DNA of 64,000 bases from an uncultured delta proteobacterium (lineage in GTDB: Bacteria > Desulfobacterota > BSN033 > UBA1163). This document shows, one piece after another, positions 39,620 through 49,303 of the stretch. The DNA is taken from NCBI GenBank assembly GCA_963708295.1, contig CAVPSJ010000014.1, positions 288,001 to 352,000 on the forward strand. The letters are read 5' to 3'. The first letter of the stretch is position 1, and every line of letters starts with the position of its first letter. The notes beneath the pieces were generated by a model. The model worked only from the letters and a program-made list of their open reading frames with translations. It had not been told where the DNA came from and ran no database searches. The translations under genes and the position numbers were made by a program.

Positions 39620-40864
39620 TCAGGGCTTAACGGGTGGATATTCACGCGAGTAGACAGGCTGCTTTAGGAACTCCTCGGGTTTAGACTTCCAGAACTGCGA
39701 AACATTGGGATAAGTTTGAATCACCGTATTCTGAAGCTCTCCGCCCGATTTCTCAACTTTCCGGATATAGATGTTCTGAATCGGATTCCCGTAGTCGTCC
39801 AGCTTCATTGGCCCGCGAGGAACATCCTTGAGCTCAACCTTTCTCAAGGCCGCCATCAGCTTCCCTCTGTTCTCTACGTCTCCGTTAATAGACTTGATGG
39901 CTTCTACAATCCACCTGGCTCCCGTATAAGTCCCTTCGGAATAGTAAGAAGCGGCCTTCTTCGCTTTTTCACGGAAGGCCTTGACGAATTTCTTGTTGGC
40001 CGGGTTGTCCAGGACTTCGCTGTAATGAAGAGGAGTGATGATTCCTATGGCCTCATCACCCATTTGGGGGAGGGCATGTTCATCTGTGACCGTCCCTCCG
40101 CCGATCAAAGGGACCTTTCCTTTGAGGCCGAATTCCTGGTATTGTTTGCAGAATTGCATCGTCTGCCGTCCGGAGAAGACCGCGAAAACGGCATCCGCGT
40201 CCTTCGAAAACTGAGAGAGGTAGGGGCTGAAATCCTGGGCGGTCAAAGGGACCCATATTTTTTGAAGGATCTTTCCTCCCGAATCCTCAAAAGCCTTGTG
40301 GAAGCCTCCGACGCACTCCCATCCGAAGGCGAAATCATATGCGATCACAGCGATCTTCTTGAATTTGAGGACATTATAAGCATATTCTCCAAAGGGCTGA
40401 TGCGGTTGGCAGCTCGCCCACCCCGTCCGGATAATCCACTTGGGGATCTTTCTTTGAGTGATGTCATCGGCAGACATGATCGGGTAGGTCATGGGGATTT
40501 CTTTGGAGTCGATATAGGGCGCGAGCGCGTATGCCGTCGAGGCCATCAGACCCCCTGTCATCAGATGGACTCCGTCTTTTTCAACCAGTTTTCTCGTCTT
40601 TGTCAGACCTGTGGCGGGATTCGCCTCGTCGTCCTCCACCAGGAGTTCGATCTTACGTCCCGCAACTTGATACCCAATCTCCTCAAGGTAGAGCTCGATA
40701 CCTGTCAACATGTCCTTTCCATTTGCCGCCATGCCGCCAGAAAGAGGTGAGATATAGCCAATTTTGATCGGGCCCTTGGCTTGAGCGAATGAGGCCGAAG
40801 GGCTTACCATAATGAGGCTGACTGCAATGACCACCGCAAAAACCGTCCATAACGCTTTTTTCAT
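39620..40864 (-). CDS. Liv-type ABC substrate-binding protein (copy 1)
   Basis: Same length (414 aa) as, and long identical runs with, 35464-36708. Confidence 0.92.
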   Translation of the reverse strand: MKKALWTVFAVVIAVSLIMVSPSASFAQAKGPIKIGYISPLSGGMAANGKDMLTGIELYLEEIGYQVAGRKIELLVEDDEANPATGLTKTRKLVEKDGVHLMTGGLMASTAYALAPYIDSKEIPMTYPIMSADDITQRKIPKWIIRTGWASCQPHQPFGEYAYNVLKFKKIAVIAYDFAFGWECVGGFHKAFEDSGGKILQKIWVPLTAQDFSPYLSQFSKDADAVFAVFSGRQTMQFCKQYQEFGLKGKVPLIGGGTVTDEHALPQMGDEAIGIITPLHYSEVLDNPANKKFVKAFREKAKKAASYYSEGTYTGARWIVEAIKSINGDVENRGKLMAALRKVELKDVPRGPMKLDDYGNPIQNIYIRKVEKSGGELQNTVIQTYPNVSQFWKSKPEEFLKQPVYSREYPPVKP

Positions 40865-40970
40865 CCTTCCGTTCCTCCTTCCTTAGTTTCTAAATGACCG
40901 AATTCTACCCACTCTTCTGCAAATTATAAAGCAGAGCATATTTATTATAGTTTGCATTAACCCCAGTTGG

Positions 40971-41558
40971 TCATGGCGAGGAAGAGTTTTTTTCCACAAA
41001 CCTCCGAAGGCTCTTTGGCATCGTGCATTCGGGGACGAGCCCGGGTGCGGAAAGAGCCACCTCAACGGCCAGCTCAGCCCCTTTCTTATAAATCTCCCTG
41101 CACGAATTCTCCCTGTCGATCTTCTTGTAAAAGGGCCGAAGCATCGCGCAGCATTTCCCTCCCAGCTCTTCCTGAAACCGGTTGTGGAGATGGGCCGACA
41201 AACGGCTGATGCATCCATACCTGGGTCCCACAGGTCCTGTCCTACCATAGAGGATACCGAGGATCAGGACTCCGGAGGCCAAAGCCCCGCACATACATCC
41301 CGTCGGAGTTCCTTCCATTCCTGCTTCGTCAATCTTCACGGCTCCACCTCCTCCGTGGAATCCGGAGACCATCTTAGGAGGGGCAGGATTAACTTTTAGT
41401 TCGAGGATCTCTGCGACCGCAGCGAAGACGGATTCGCTTCAATGGTATCCCTGCTTACGGTTCAAATTGGCCAGCTGGCCTGCCCTTTTGGCAAGGGCGG
41501 CGATTCGGCGGGCCTTGATGCGATTGGCCGCAGGCGTTGTTTTGATCGGTTGCCTCAC
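40971..41558 (-). CDS. C-GCAxxG-C-C family protein with in-frame UGA, putative selenoprotein
   Basis: GTG start overlaps the upstream stop (GTGA). Reads ..RKQGYH-TGA(41439-41441)-SESVFAAVAE..SGFHGG..GCMCGALASG..KCC..SC; the UGA sits at the family's N-terminal Cys. Confidence 0.8.
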
Positions 41559-42817
41559 TTCAGCATCTCCTCTTCATACGGAAAGATCGTGAAGACCTCA
41601 TGCCCCTTATCCGTAATGACCAGGTCCGATTCCAGGCGGACTGTTTGCTGAAGCAAAGGATGTCCGGCAAAGGTCTCCACGGCAAAATACATATTGGGTT
41701 TGATTTCAGCGGGATATTTCAGAGAATAGGCCCTCGAAATCCACATCCCTTCATAAAGGGTTAGCCCGATGGAATGGGCAAACTGCTGAAGGGTCACGGT
41801 TCCGTACTTGTCATCGTCGTAGAGAGGGAACTTTTCGGCCACATCCTTGCTGGTCTTGCCGGGTTGCATCATTTCAATGGCCGCCTGAAGGGAGTCATAG
41901 CATTCCTTATACAGGTCCTTTTCCTTCGGGGTTGGCTTTCCTTCGACCTTCCAGCAGCGCACATAGTCCACGAAATATCCGGAGGGTCCGACGGTATTAT
42001 TGTCGATAATGATCAGATCTCCTTGACGGATGATCTTGTCCGTGGGCCAGCGCCGGTAGGGGCTCGTGTTTCCGCCGGAGGCGACGATAATCTCGTAGAC
42101 GATTTCGCATCCCTTTTCGTACATGTACTCGATCATTTTCCCGGAAAGCTCCCGCTCGGTGATGCCTGGTTTGGCCCACTCATAACGCGCTTTATACGTA
42201 CAGGCATCTCCAATGGCTGCGGACTGTTTCAAAAGCTCGATTTCATCCGGTGTTTTGATGACACGGGCAGCGGACATGGCCGGCATGGCGTTCACTACTT
42301 TTATCCCCTTCTTCTGAAAGGCGGCAAGCGAAGCCATATCGAGAGAATCGATTCCGATCTTTTCCTTCTCCACCTTGTGTTCCCGCAGGACTTCGAGAAC
42401 ACTGTCAACCATGCGATCCACCATGTATTCCACGGCCCCTTCGGACCATCTCCAGGTGATGGCCGGGCGGATCCTTCCTTCCATCCAGGGAAGGTCCATC
42501 TTGGCGCAAACAAGGTCGGAGCCGGCCGTTTCGAAGAGGATGGGCTCTCCCCCTCTCGGAAGGACGGCGTAGCGGATGAAGATGTTATATTTCCAGTTCC
42601 CCTGGAAAGAACTGGTCAGATAACGAATGTTCGCTCCGTCATATACGACCAGAGCCCCCAGATCATGGAGTTCCATCTGCTCCTTGGCTTTCGCCAGGCG
42701 GTCTTTCCGGAGCCGTTCAAAATTGACCCTTTCCTGCCAATCCGCACCCGTCAGGGAATAGACCCTCCGGGCATCGTACTCATGAGGTTTTCCGATAAAC
42801 GAAATATCCTTTGCCAT
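41555..42817 (-). CDS. M24 family (Xaa-Pro peptidase/creatinase-like) hydrolase
   Basis: NIRYLT creatinase-N domain, R.IKTPDEI, metal ligands D..D (IIDNN..YFVD), H (AHSIG), E (AVET), E (VRLE). Confidence 0.88.
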   Translation of the reverse strand: MAKDISFIGKPHEYDARRVYSLTGADWQERVNFERLRKDRLAKAKEQMELHDLGALVVYDGANIRYLTSSFQGNWKYNIFIRYAVLPRGGEPILFETAGSDLVCAKMDLPWMEGRIRPAITWRWSEGAVEYMVDRMVDSVLEVLREHKVEKEKIGIDSLDMASLAAFQKKGIKVVNAMPAMSAARVIKTPDEIELLKQSAAIGDACTYKARYEWAKPGITERELSGKMIEYMYEKGCEIVYEIIVASGGNTSPYRRWPTDKIIRQGDLIIIDNNTVGPSGYFVDYVRCWKVEGKPTPKEKDLYKECYDSLQAAIEMMQPGKTSKDVAEKFPLYDDDKYGTVTLQQFAHSIGLTLYEGMWISRAYSLKYPAEIKPNMYFAVETFAGHPLLQQTVRLESDLVITDKGHEVFTIFPYEEEMLK

Positions 42818-42871
42818 GTTCGTCCTCCTTCCCTTGTTCGGTTATTGAAATTTTGAAATCTCTTCTCAGGT

Positions 42872-43695
42872 TTATCTTTCCTTTCGCATCGAAGCCATAA
42901 GGGCTTCCTCTTCTTCCAGCATATGCTGTTTCATCGCCTCGACTGCTTTCTGGGAGTCTCTCGCCTCTAGGGCGTCGTAGATCTTCTTGTGGGCGGCGAG
43001 GGCTTTTTTGGGCGACCAGGGGATGCGGTATATTTTGGTCTGGCTCTTTCCGAATGAGATTGGCCAGCATGTCCCAGACCAGGATGAGAACCTCGTTCTG
43101 TCCGATTTCTGCGATCAGGCGATGGAACCGGATTCCCGAAGAGATGAAGGCATCCTGATGGTCGATGTTCTTCTTCATTTCCTCGATGCACCACCAGAGG
43201 CTTTTCAAAAACGAATCGTTTATCCGTTTGGCGGCGATGTCCACCATCCCCACCTCGAGCATCCTTCGAGTTTGCCAGAGTTTGACCAGAGTATCCCGCT
43301 CGATCTGGAGCCGGGTTCTGAGGGAGATGATTCAGGGATTCGATATAGGGGAGGAAGTTCACCTCCTTGACATAGATTCCGTCGCCCACTTTGATTTCGA
43401 TCAGGCCCATGACGTCCAGGATTCGAAGGGCCTCCCTCAGGGAGTGGCGGCTGATGTGAAATTGCTGCGCCAGGCTCCGTTCGGAAGGGAGGCGGTCTCC
43501 GGGGGTGTATTTCTTCCTCAGAATCAACGTCTGAATCTGGTCGGCTGCATTTTCGTAGAGCCGAACCCGCCGGATGGGCTTTAACAGAATCTCGCTCTCC
43601 GGCTCCGGCTTTTTAGAGGGCGCCGATGGGGGACGCGTTGGGAATCGACGGCCGATGACTTGATTCACATCGAACCCTTTCTTTTTTCCTCCCAA
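42872..43695 (-). CDS. GntR/FadR family regulator, two apparent frameshifts (start uncertain)
   Basis: PGDRLPSERSLAQQF.ISR.SLREAL...G.I....GDG.YV HTH; FCD domain (FHRLIA...QN, H..I..AL..RD...A...M..H) in shifted frames, ending ..MASMRKER*. Confidence 0.87.
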
Positions 43696-43755
43696 GAAGT
43701 CACTGAGGGGAGAAGCGCGTTCCGAAGGGTGATCCTTCGGAAGACGAGGCGGTCA

Positions 43756-43798
43756 AGTGGTTAGACCAATTCATAGTACGGCTGAAATCTTTTGTCAA
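43756..43798 (-). promoter_or_regulatory. Promoter with FadR-type operator
   Basis: Minus strand TTGACA-N17-TATGAA followed at once by TGGTCTAACCA (43758-43768), a TGGT-N3-ACCA FadR box. Confidence 0.65.
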
Positions 43799-43885
43799 GG
43801 GGAAAATCAGGCTTTCCCTCCGAGATGACGGCGGGGTGATTTTACGAGACCGGAGGGTATAAGCAGAGAGGATCGGGTGTTTGGT

Positions 43886-44868
43886 TCAGCCCTTTGTCTT
43901 CTTTCGGACCACTTCGTCCCAGTTGATGCTGTACGAGGGCTTTCTTCCCTCCAGCACATCGACGGCGTTTTGAGCGGCCCCTTCAGCAAGCTGTGCCACT
44001 GCATCCCTGGTTAATGCACCCGTGTGCGGGGTGAGAATCACATTTTCCATTTGAAAGAACGGATGGGACGTTTCTGGGGGTTCCTTCGCGAAGACATCGA
44101 GGCCTGCCCCGGCGATCATTCCCTGCTGAAGGGCTTCGATCAGTGCCGGTTCATCAATGATCTCCCCCCGTGAGGTGTTGATGAGAAACGCCGTAGGTTT
44201 CATCCAGCTCAATTCTTTCTTTCCGATGAGTCTTTGCGTCTCGCTGCTCAACGGCACGTGGACGGAGAGAAAGTCGGACGTCTTGAACATCTCTTCTCTC
44301 TCTTTGGTAAACACAAGACCGGGAAGATGGAGATCCTCGGGGTTGAGATAGGGATCGTAGCCCCAGACTTCCAACCCCAGGGGTGGCAGATGTCAGCCAC
44401 AATTCTGCCGATCCTGCCCAGACCGATGAGGCCGACCCTTTTTCCGAAAAGGCCCATGGGGCGATATTCGTACCGTGATTTGAAGTTTCCTTTTCGGACT
44501 TCTCTGTTGAGATAGAAGATCTGTTTTGACAGAGCCAGGATGAGCGTCACGGCAAGCTCTGCAACAAAACGGTCCTGGGGGCCCTTGACGCCGCACACCA
44601 CGACGCTGGATTCCGTGGCGGCTTCGATGTCTACATTATCGAGTCCTCCTCCGGTCCGGGAGATCACCTCCAGATGGGGTGCTGATTCGATCATCGATCG
44701 GGTGACTTTGGTGGCCGTCCGGACGATGAGGCCCTGGACTTCTTTCAACCGTTGCCCCACCGATTCTCCTGAGGGGTCCGGACTGATCAGGAAGTCCACC
44801 TTTCCTTCGAGCACCTTGATGCCGGCTTCATCAATGGGTTCTGCCAAGAGTACCTTTTTCAACGTCAA
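43886..44868 (-). CDS. D-isomer 2-hydroxyacid dehydrogenase (SerA-like, no ACT domain), one apparent frameshift near 44380
   Basis: ISRTGGGLDNVD, GLIGLGRIG, HVPL..ET, INTSRG..IDE, GAGLDVF..EP, TPH. Confidence 0.88.
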
Positions 44869-44892
44869 CCTCCGGGTCTTATTTGTTACCCT

Positions 44893-45066
44893 CTACAGCA
44901 ATTGGTCCAGTAACTCCATGAGTTCTGGATCGCCGCCTGCGGGTGGAGACCAGTTCACATGGATCACCGCCACCCCCTGAATTTGCAGGGCTTCAGCAAA
45001 ATCTGCCACTCCGATATTGACCGCGATCGGGCCCTGGTGAAGGAGCTCTTCCAGTTTATTTGGCAC
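44893..45066 (-). CDS. Small stand-alone FdrA-associated domain protein (57 aa)
   Basis: VPNKLEELL..GP.AVNIG...FAEAL..QG..V.HVNWSPPAGGD..L..LL; GTG start overlapping the end of fdrA. Confidence 0.75.
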   Translation of the reverse strand: MPNKLEELLHQGPIAVNIGVADFAEALQIQGVAVIHVNWSPPAGGDPELMELLDQLL

Positions 45067-46621
45067 GAGTAACCTCCGAAAGACTTGATGCGAGGAGTGC
45101 ACAAAACTGGGCCGCCTGAGCGCTGCTTGGGAAAACGGCGACCCCTGCTTCTTCGAGCACCCTGACCTGCTGCGGAAAGTTCTGGGGGTCTCCTTCTGTT
45201 CCGCATATTGAAGCAACGACGCTGAGGGATCCGCCCCTCTTCTTGGCCGCGGCTTTGGCCTCCTGGATTGCCGAGACCAGCTCGCCAGCCGGGTCGGGGG
45301 AAGCATTGAAGCCAAGCACAAAATCGAGAAGAAGAATTGCCACTTGCGGGTCCTGGCCTTCAGCCAGAATGCGATCACAGCGCAGGCGGGAGTCAATCAT
45401 GGGATGGGGCTTTCCAACCGTAAAATCATCGGTTCCCATGTCCACCAGGGTGTGCTCCTCACTTCTCATGGGATCGGCCAATTTCACATTTCCATGGAGC
45501 GGGGCGTTCGAGTGGACGACGATGCCTGCGTCTTGGAGAATCTGCTGGGCCTGGAAGCAAAAGGTGCCGCCGGCGAAGATTCCGCGGAGGTATTGTTGCG
45601 CTGGATTCTTATTCACTTGTTCTCTTCCAGCAAGCTTCTGCAAATTGGATGAATTGGCATCAAAACGCGGCGGAGCGTGACCCGTTACCCTTTGAATGGC
45701 CATGGCAGCAGCATCATCCAACGTGCGGGCCGTCTTATAAGGAGCATCTGCGGAGAGAGACCCTTGTTTGAGCCCCAGGAAACAAGCGACCAGGGGCTTT
45801 TGACACTGGCGCATTTTGGGAATGAGACTGGCAAGCGCCCGTTCTCCGGGGGGCTTGGACAAGATCGTGATGACTTCGGTCTGCGAATCGGAATCGAGGG
45901 CGTCTAAGGCGGTCAGGAAGGAGATGCCACCCACGGCATTCGAAAGGTCCCGGCTGCCGATTCCTATGGCCTGAGAGATCCCCGAGCCCGCCTGATGGAC
46001 GAGGGAAGTGAATTCCTGGATCCCTGTGCCGGAAGCACCGATGACGCCAATGGGGCCGCGACGAACGGCGTTGGCGAAGCCAATTCCCTTGCCGCCGATG
46101 ATGGCTGTGCCGCAATCAGGACCCATGACCATGAGGCCATGCTCACGGGCATACTCCTTGAGGGAGATCTCGCTCTCAACAGGGACATTATCACTGAACA
46201 GGAATACGTTCAGGCCGTGCTCCAGCGCCTTCCGGGCTTCTCGGGCAGCATAGAAGCCTGGAACAGAAATAACCGCGAGGTTGGAATAATGTTGCATCGC
46301 CATAGCTTCATCAAGAGTGCGGATATCGTCCCTCGGAGCAGAACCCAAGTCGATCGTTAACCAGCGATCTATGTCCTCAAGCATTGAGGCGAGAGCTTCT
46401 TGGCTGTCCGCTTTGACCGCTACAATAAGGTCGCTGGGTGTTGCTTCCGAAATCTCCTGACCTCTTACTTCAATTTCTTCGAGCAAGACTTTGTTCTTTT
46501 CCGTTCCCATCAGAGCCGCCGCCTGCAGAATACCCTTTTGCTGGGACAGGCGCTTGGCCACCCGCATCAGAAAAACAGAATCATGATATTCGTTCTTTCG
46601 GATAACGTATCCCGTCACCAT
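45056..46621 (-). CDS. fdrA: FdrA family acyl-CoA-synthetase-like protein (AllF-like)
   Basis: YHDSVFLM, MGTEKNK, ISVPG.YA..EA..AL, FSDNV, MGPDCGT, GASGTG.QE, GGT, D.G.D.FT.G.PHPMID. Confidence 0.92.
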   Translation of the reverse strand: MVTGYVIRKNEYHDSVFLMRVAKRLSQQKGILQAAALMGTEKNKVLLEEIEVRGQEISEATPSDLIVAVKADSQEALASMLEDIDRWLTIDLGSAPRDDIRTLDEAMAMQHYSNLAVISVPGFYAAREARKALEHGLNVFLFSDNVPVESEISLKEYAREHGLMVMGPDCGTAIIGGKGIGFANAVRRGPIGVIGASGTGIQEFTSLVHQAGSGISQAIGIGSRDLSNAVGGISFLTALDALDSDSQTEVITILSKPPGERALASLIPKMRQCQKPLVACFLGLKQGSLSADAPYKTARTLDDAAAMAIQRVTGHAPPRFDANSSNLQKLAGREQVNKNPAQQYLRGIFAGGTFCFQAQQILQDAGIVVHSNAPLHGNVKLADPMRSEEHTLVDMGTDDFTVGKPHPMIDSRLRCDRILAEGQDPQVAILLLDFVLGFNASPDPAGELVSAIQEAKAAAKKRGGSLSVVASICGTEGDPQNFPQQVRVLEEAGVAVFPSSAQAAQFCALLASSLSEVTRAK

Positions 46622-46644
46622 TCTATTTCTCCGGCTATCCTGAC

Positions 46645-46812
46645 CGACCCTCCCTTGTATCCCCTCCCGTCAAGGGAGGGGGAAATAAATGATTTCCCTC
46701 TCCCCTTATCCCTCCTTCCCTCCCTTTACAAAAGGGAGGAATTCCCCCCCTTTGACAAAGAGAGGTAACCTGCCTGCGCGAAGTCCCGCCTTGCGGGACG
46801 AAGGCAAGGGGA
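46645..46812. repeat. Cluster of REP-like palindromes
   Basis: CCCCTCCCGTCAAGGGAGGGG, CCTCCCTTTACAAAAGGGAGG, CCTGCC..TCCCGCCTTGCGGGACGAAGGCAAGG. Confidence 0.6.
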
Positions 46813-46900
46813 GATGCTCTGAAACCTATGTTTTCTTTATTATGAACTCCTTGGTCATTTCAGGTTCTTCTATTCCCCATTCCGCATTCTGCATTTGCAG

Positions 46901-48166
46901 TTACGATCGGCCCAGCCCGTATTTTCGGCCAAAGCTCAACAGGGCCTTTTTGAAGCATTCCATTGGAGCGCGGACCAGCCCGGCTCCGATAATGGAATGA
47001 CCGGGATTCTTATTGGCGATCGCGGTGTCGATGATGGGAGCAATTCCTGTCTGGACCACTTTACGTATATCGATACCTACTGGAGCTCCCTGAAAACCAA
47101 GCACAGGCATGCGGTAATTGGGACTGGTGCTCACCGTGATCTGACGCATTTCCCGGTTATACGCCATCGCCTCCTCGGGCGTGCCACCGACCAGACTCAG
47201 GATTCCTGGGGCACCACACAGAACGAGCCCGCCCCAACCTACGGTCTCCGTAATCGCAGAATCTCCCATATCGGCGCCTGCGTCTTTTTCGCTGTAGCCG
47301 GGCAGGTACAGTCCATCCACTTTCGGCGACGGTGCGGTGAACCATTCATCTCCAAGGCCGCTGACACGGATTCCAAACTCCGTCCCATTCCGTGCCATGG
47401 TCACAACGACGGTGCTGTGCTCAATGCCCATTGCAGGGTCCGCCGAAGCTTTACCCGACGCCATGGAAAGACCAAGGAAAATGAGTTCATGGTTCGTAAT
47501 ATAATTGATCGTACCCACCAGGTGATCTGTTTTGACGCCCGTTTCAATCATCGGCGCCACCATTGCATTTGCAAATAGACTTGAGGCAGCCATGGATCGA
47601 TTATGCAACTCATCCCCCATTTGCAGTGCTTTAGCAATAATGGGCTTGAGAGGAAGTCCTCCCTTTTGAAGGAGACCTTTTCTGAGCGACGGTGCCCAGA
47701 CATCTCGCCAGAGGCGCAAGCCCTGTAGAGCCGAGTCGCTGTAATCGCCGAACTGCTGGCGTCCCTCCACCTGGCGACAGAAAGCCCGATTCGCAAAGGC
47801 TTTATTCTCGACGACCCACACGGGCATCGACCAAGAGATCGTGCCAGCCATTGGGCCGACCGCGTGGTGGTGATGATTGGGTTCAATCTTAATGGCTCCG
47901 CTCTCGAGGAGCTTCACTGCCTCCTCTTCGTTCTTGGCCCAACCTTCGAAAAGAACCACACCGATCATGGCACCCCTCTGGGCACCGCACATGTGCTGCC
48001 AATCAATAGGCGGTCCGGAGTGCAGGATCATTCGATCTTCAAGACCCGGGATGACTTCTCCTGCGGGTGCAATATCGACCAGGACAGGATCAGCGGCATT
48101 GATCCGTCTCACGGTCTCTAAGTTGGCAGCTTCAATCTTCTGTTTGATGTCTTCTGCAGGTGTCAA
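46901..48166 (-). CDS. DUF1116 protein (YlbE/AllG-like)
   Basis: LHSGPP..W..M.G.QRGA, AVGPMAG, MGDELHNR, MARNGTEFGI.VSG, D.GDSAITET.G.G, G.APIIDTAIA; TTG start after GGAGGA. Confidence 0.9.
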   Translation of the reverse strand: MTPAEDIKQKIEAANLETVRRINAADPVLVDIAPAGEVIPGLEDRMILHSGPPIDWQHMCGAQRGAMIGVVLFEGWAKNEEEAVKLLESGAIKIEPNHHHHAVGPMAGTISWSMPVWVVENKAFANRAFCRQVEGRQQFGDYSDSALQGLRLWRDVWAPSLRKGLLQKGGLPLKPIIAKALQMGDELHNRSMAASSLFANAMVAPMIETGVKTDHLVGTINYITNHELIFLGLSMASGKASADPAMGIEHSTVVVTMARNGTEFGIRVSGLGDEWFTAPSPKVDGLYLPGYSEKDAGADMGDSAITETVGWGGLVLCGAPGILSLVGGTPEEAMAYNREMRQITVSTSPNYRMPVLGFQGAPVGIDIRKVVQTGIAPIIDTAIANKNPGHSIIGAGLVRAPMECFKKALLSFGRKYGLGRS

Positions 48167-48321
48167 CGTTCTCCTCCATTCGTATCTTTGACCTTCTCTT
48201 CTCAACCTCGCTTCCTTCCAGAGTCCTATTCCCTTTGCCTATCAAAGACCGCAATTCTAAAACTTTGAAGATATTCTCGCTCGCCCGACTCTCCCGATTC
48301 TTTCATAGCTTCAGGGAGAGA

Positions 48322-49302
48322 TCAGGCAGGAAGCGCACTCAATTCCCCTTCGACAAAGAGCATGCCGGTCAGCATTCCCGCCAGGATATCCCATCCGGAT
48401 GTTTCGCCGATCCCGAGTAAGCGCTCGGTTTCTCCCAGGGTTCGACTTAGGTCTCGGCCATTCAACAATGACACGACCACATCATGGAGCGGTTTGGGTC
48501 CGTGGCCGAGGGCATGATCTCTGAGAATCGCATGGCTGATGGGATGGGTCTGTGTGGACGCCCATTCGATCAGATCCATGACAGGTTCGTCTTCCCAGCG
48601 GAAGTGCTGAGGGTACGCTGTCTTGAGCGCGTGAGCGGCGAAGAGCAGACCTCCGAGAAAATCATCTCCTGAAGGCGTCAGGCCCGGACCGAGGCCGACC
48701 AGTTCCCTGCTTCTCCGCGCCACCTCCGTCATATCGAGGTCCAAACAGGCCGTTGTAAGATCAAGCATGGCATTGCGAGCTTTGGCGAGGAAGGGATCTG
48801 CGTTCGAAATCGCCTGCTTCTTGCCGCCCACGACCGACGAAATGAGTGAAATCATCCGGCCGAGCCCTTTTGCGTTCCCAAGCCTCGTGACGGCCTCAAC
48901 CCACTGGCGGATGTGCGCCTGAACGGTAGGGAGCGGCTCTGCGTTCCCCGGTCCGACGCCGGAGGGCTTCCATTCCGTTGCTGGCTCCAGATCAACGGTT
49001 GTTCCCTCCGGAAATCGTATCCACGGACCATCGACGAAGAAGTTTTGGCCTACGCTAATAGACCTCGGCCGAAACGAAACCAGAATGCACCGCCTGTGCA
49101 TGGCCAGCCCTTGCTGTGACATCCACAAAATTTCTCCGTCTCCGCTGACCAAGTAGACCGATGCAGAAAGAACAGCAAGCACTTTTCCTGAGAAACCATG
49201 CTGAGCAAGCAGGCCCTTGGCCCTCGATCCGATCTGCTTTGCATGATAGAGAAAAGGCTTCTCGTTTTCATTAAGAACAAAACAATCGGCAATAGGCTGC
49301 AT
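48322..49302 (-). CDS. DUF2877 protein (YlbF/AllH-like)
   Basis: LVGLGPGLTPSGDDFLGG, T..IS, IG.TSG.D...G. Confidence 0.88.
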   Translation of the reverse strand: MQPIADCFVLNENEKPFLYHAKQIGSRAKGLLAQHGFSGKVLAVLSASVYLVSGDGEILWMSQQGLAMHRRCILVSFRPRSISVGQNFFVDGPWIRFPEGTTVDLEPATEWKPSGVGPGNAEPLPTVQAHIRQWVEAVTRLGNAKGLGRMISLISSVVGGKKQAISNADPFLAKARNAMLDLTTACLDLDMTEVARRSRELVGLGPGLTPSGDDFLGGLLFAAHALKTAYPQHFRWEDEPVMDLIEWASTQTHPISHAILRDHALGHGPKPLHDVVVSLLNGRDLSRTLGETERLLGIGETSGWDILAGMLTGMLFVEGELSALPA

Positions 49303-49303
49303 C

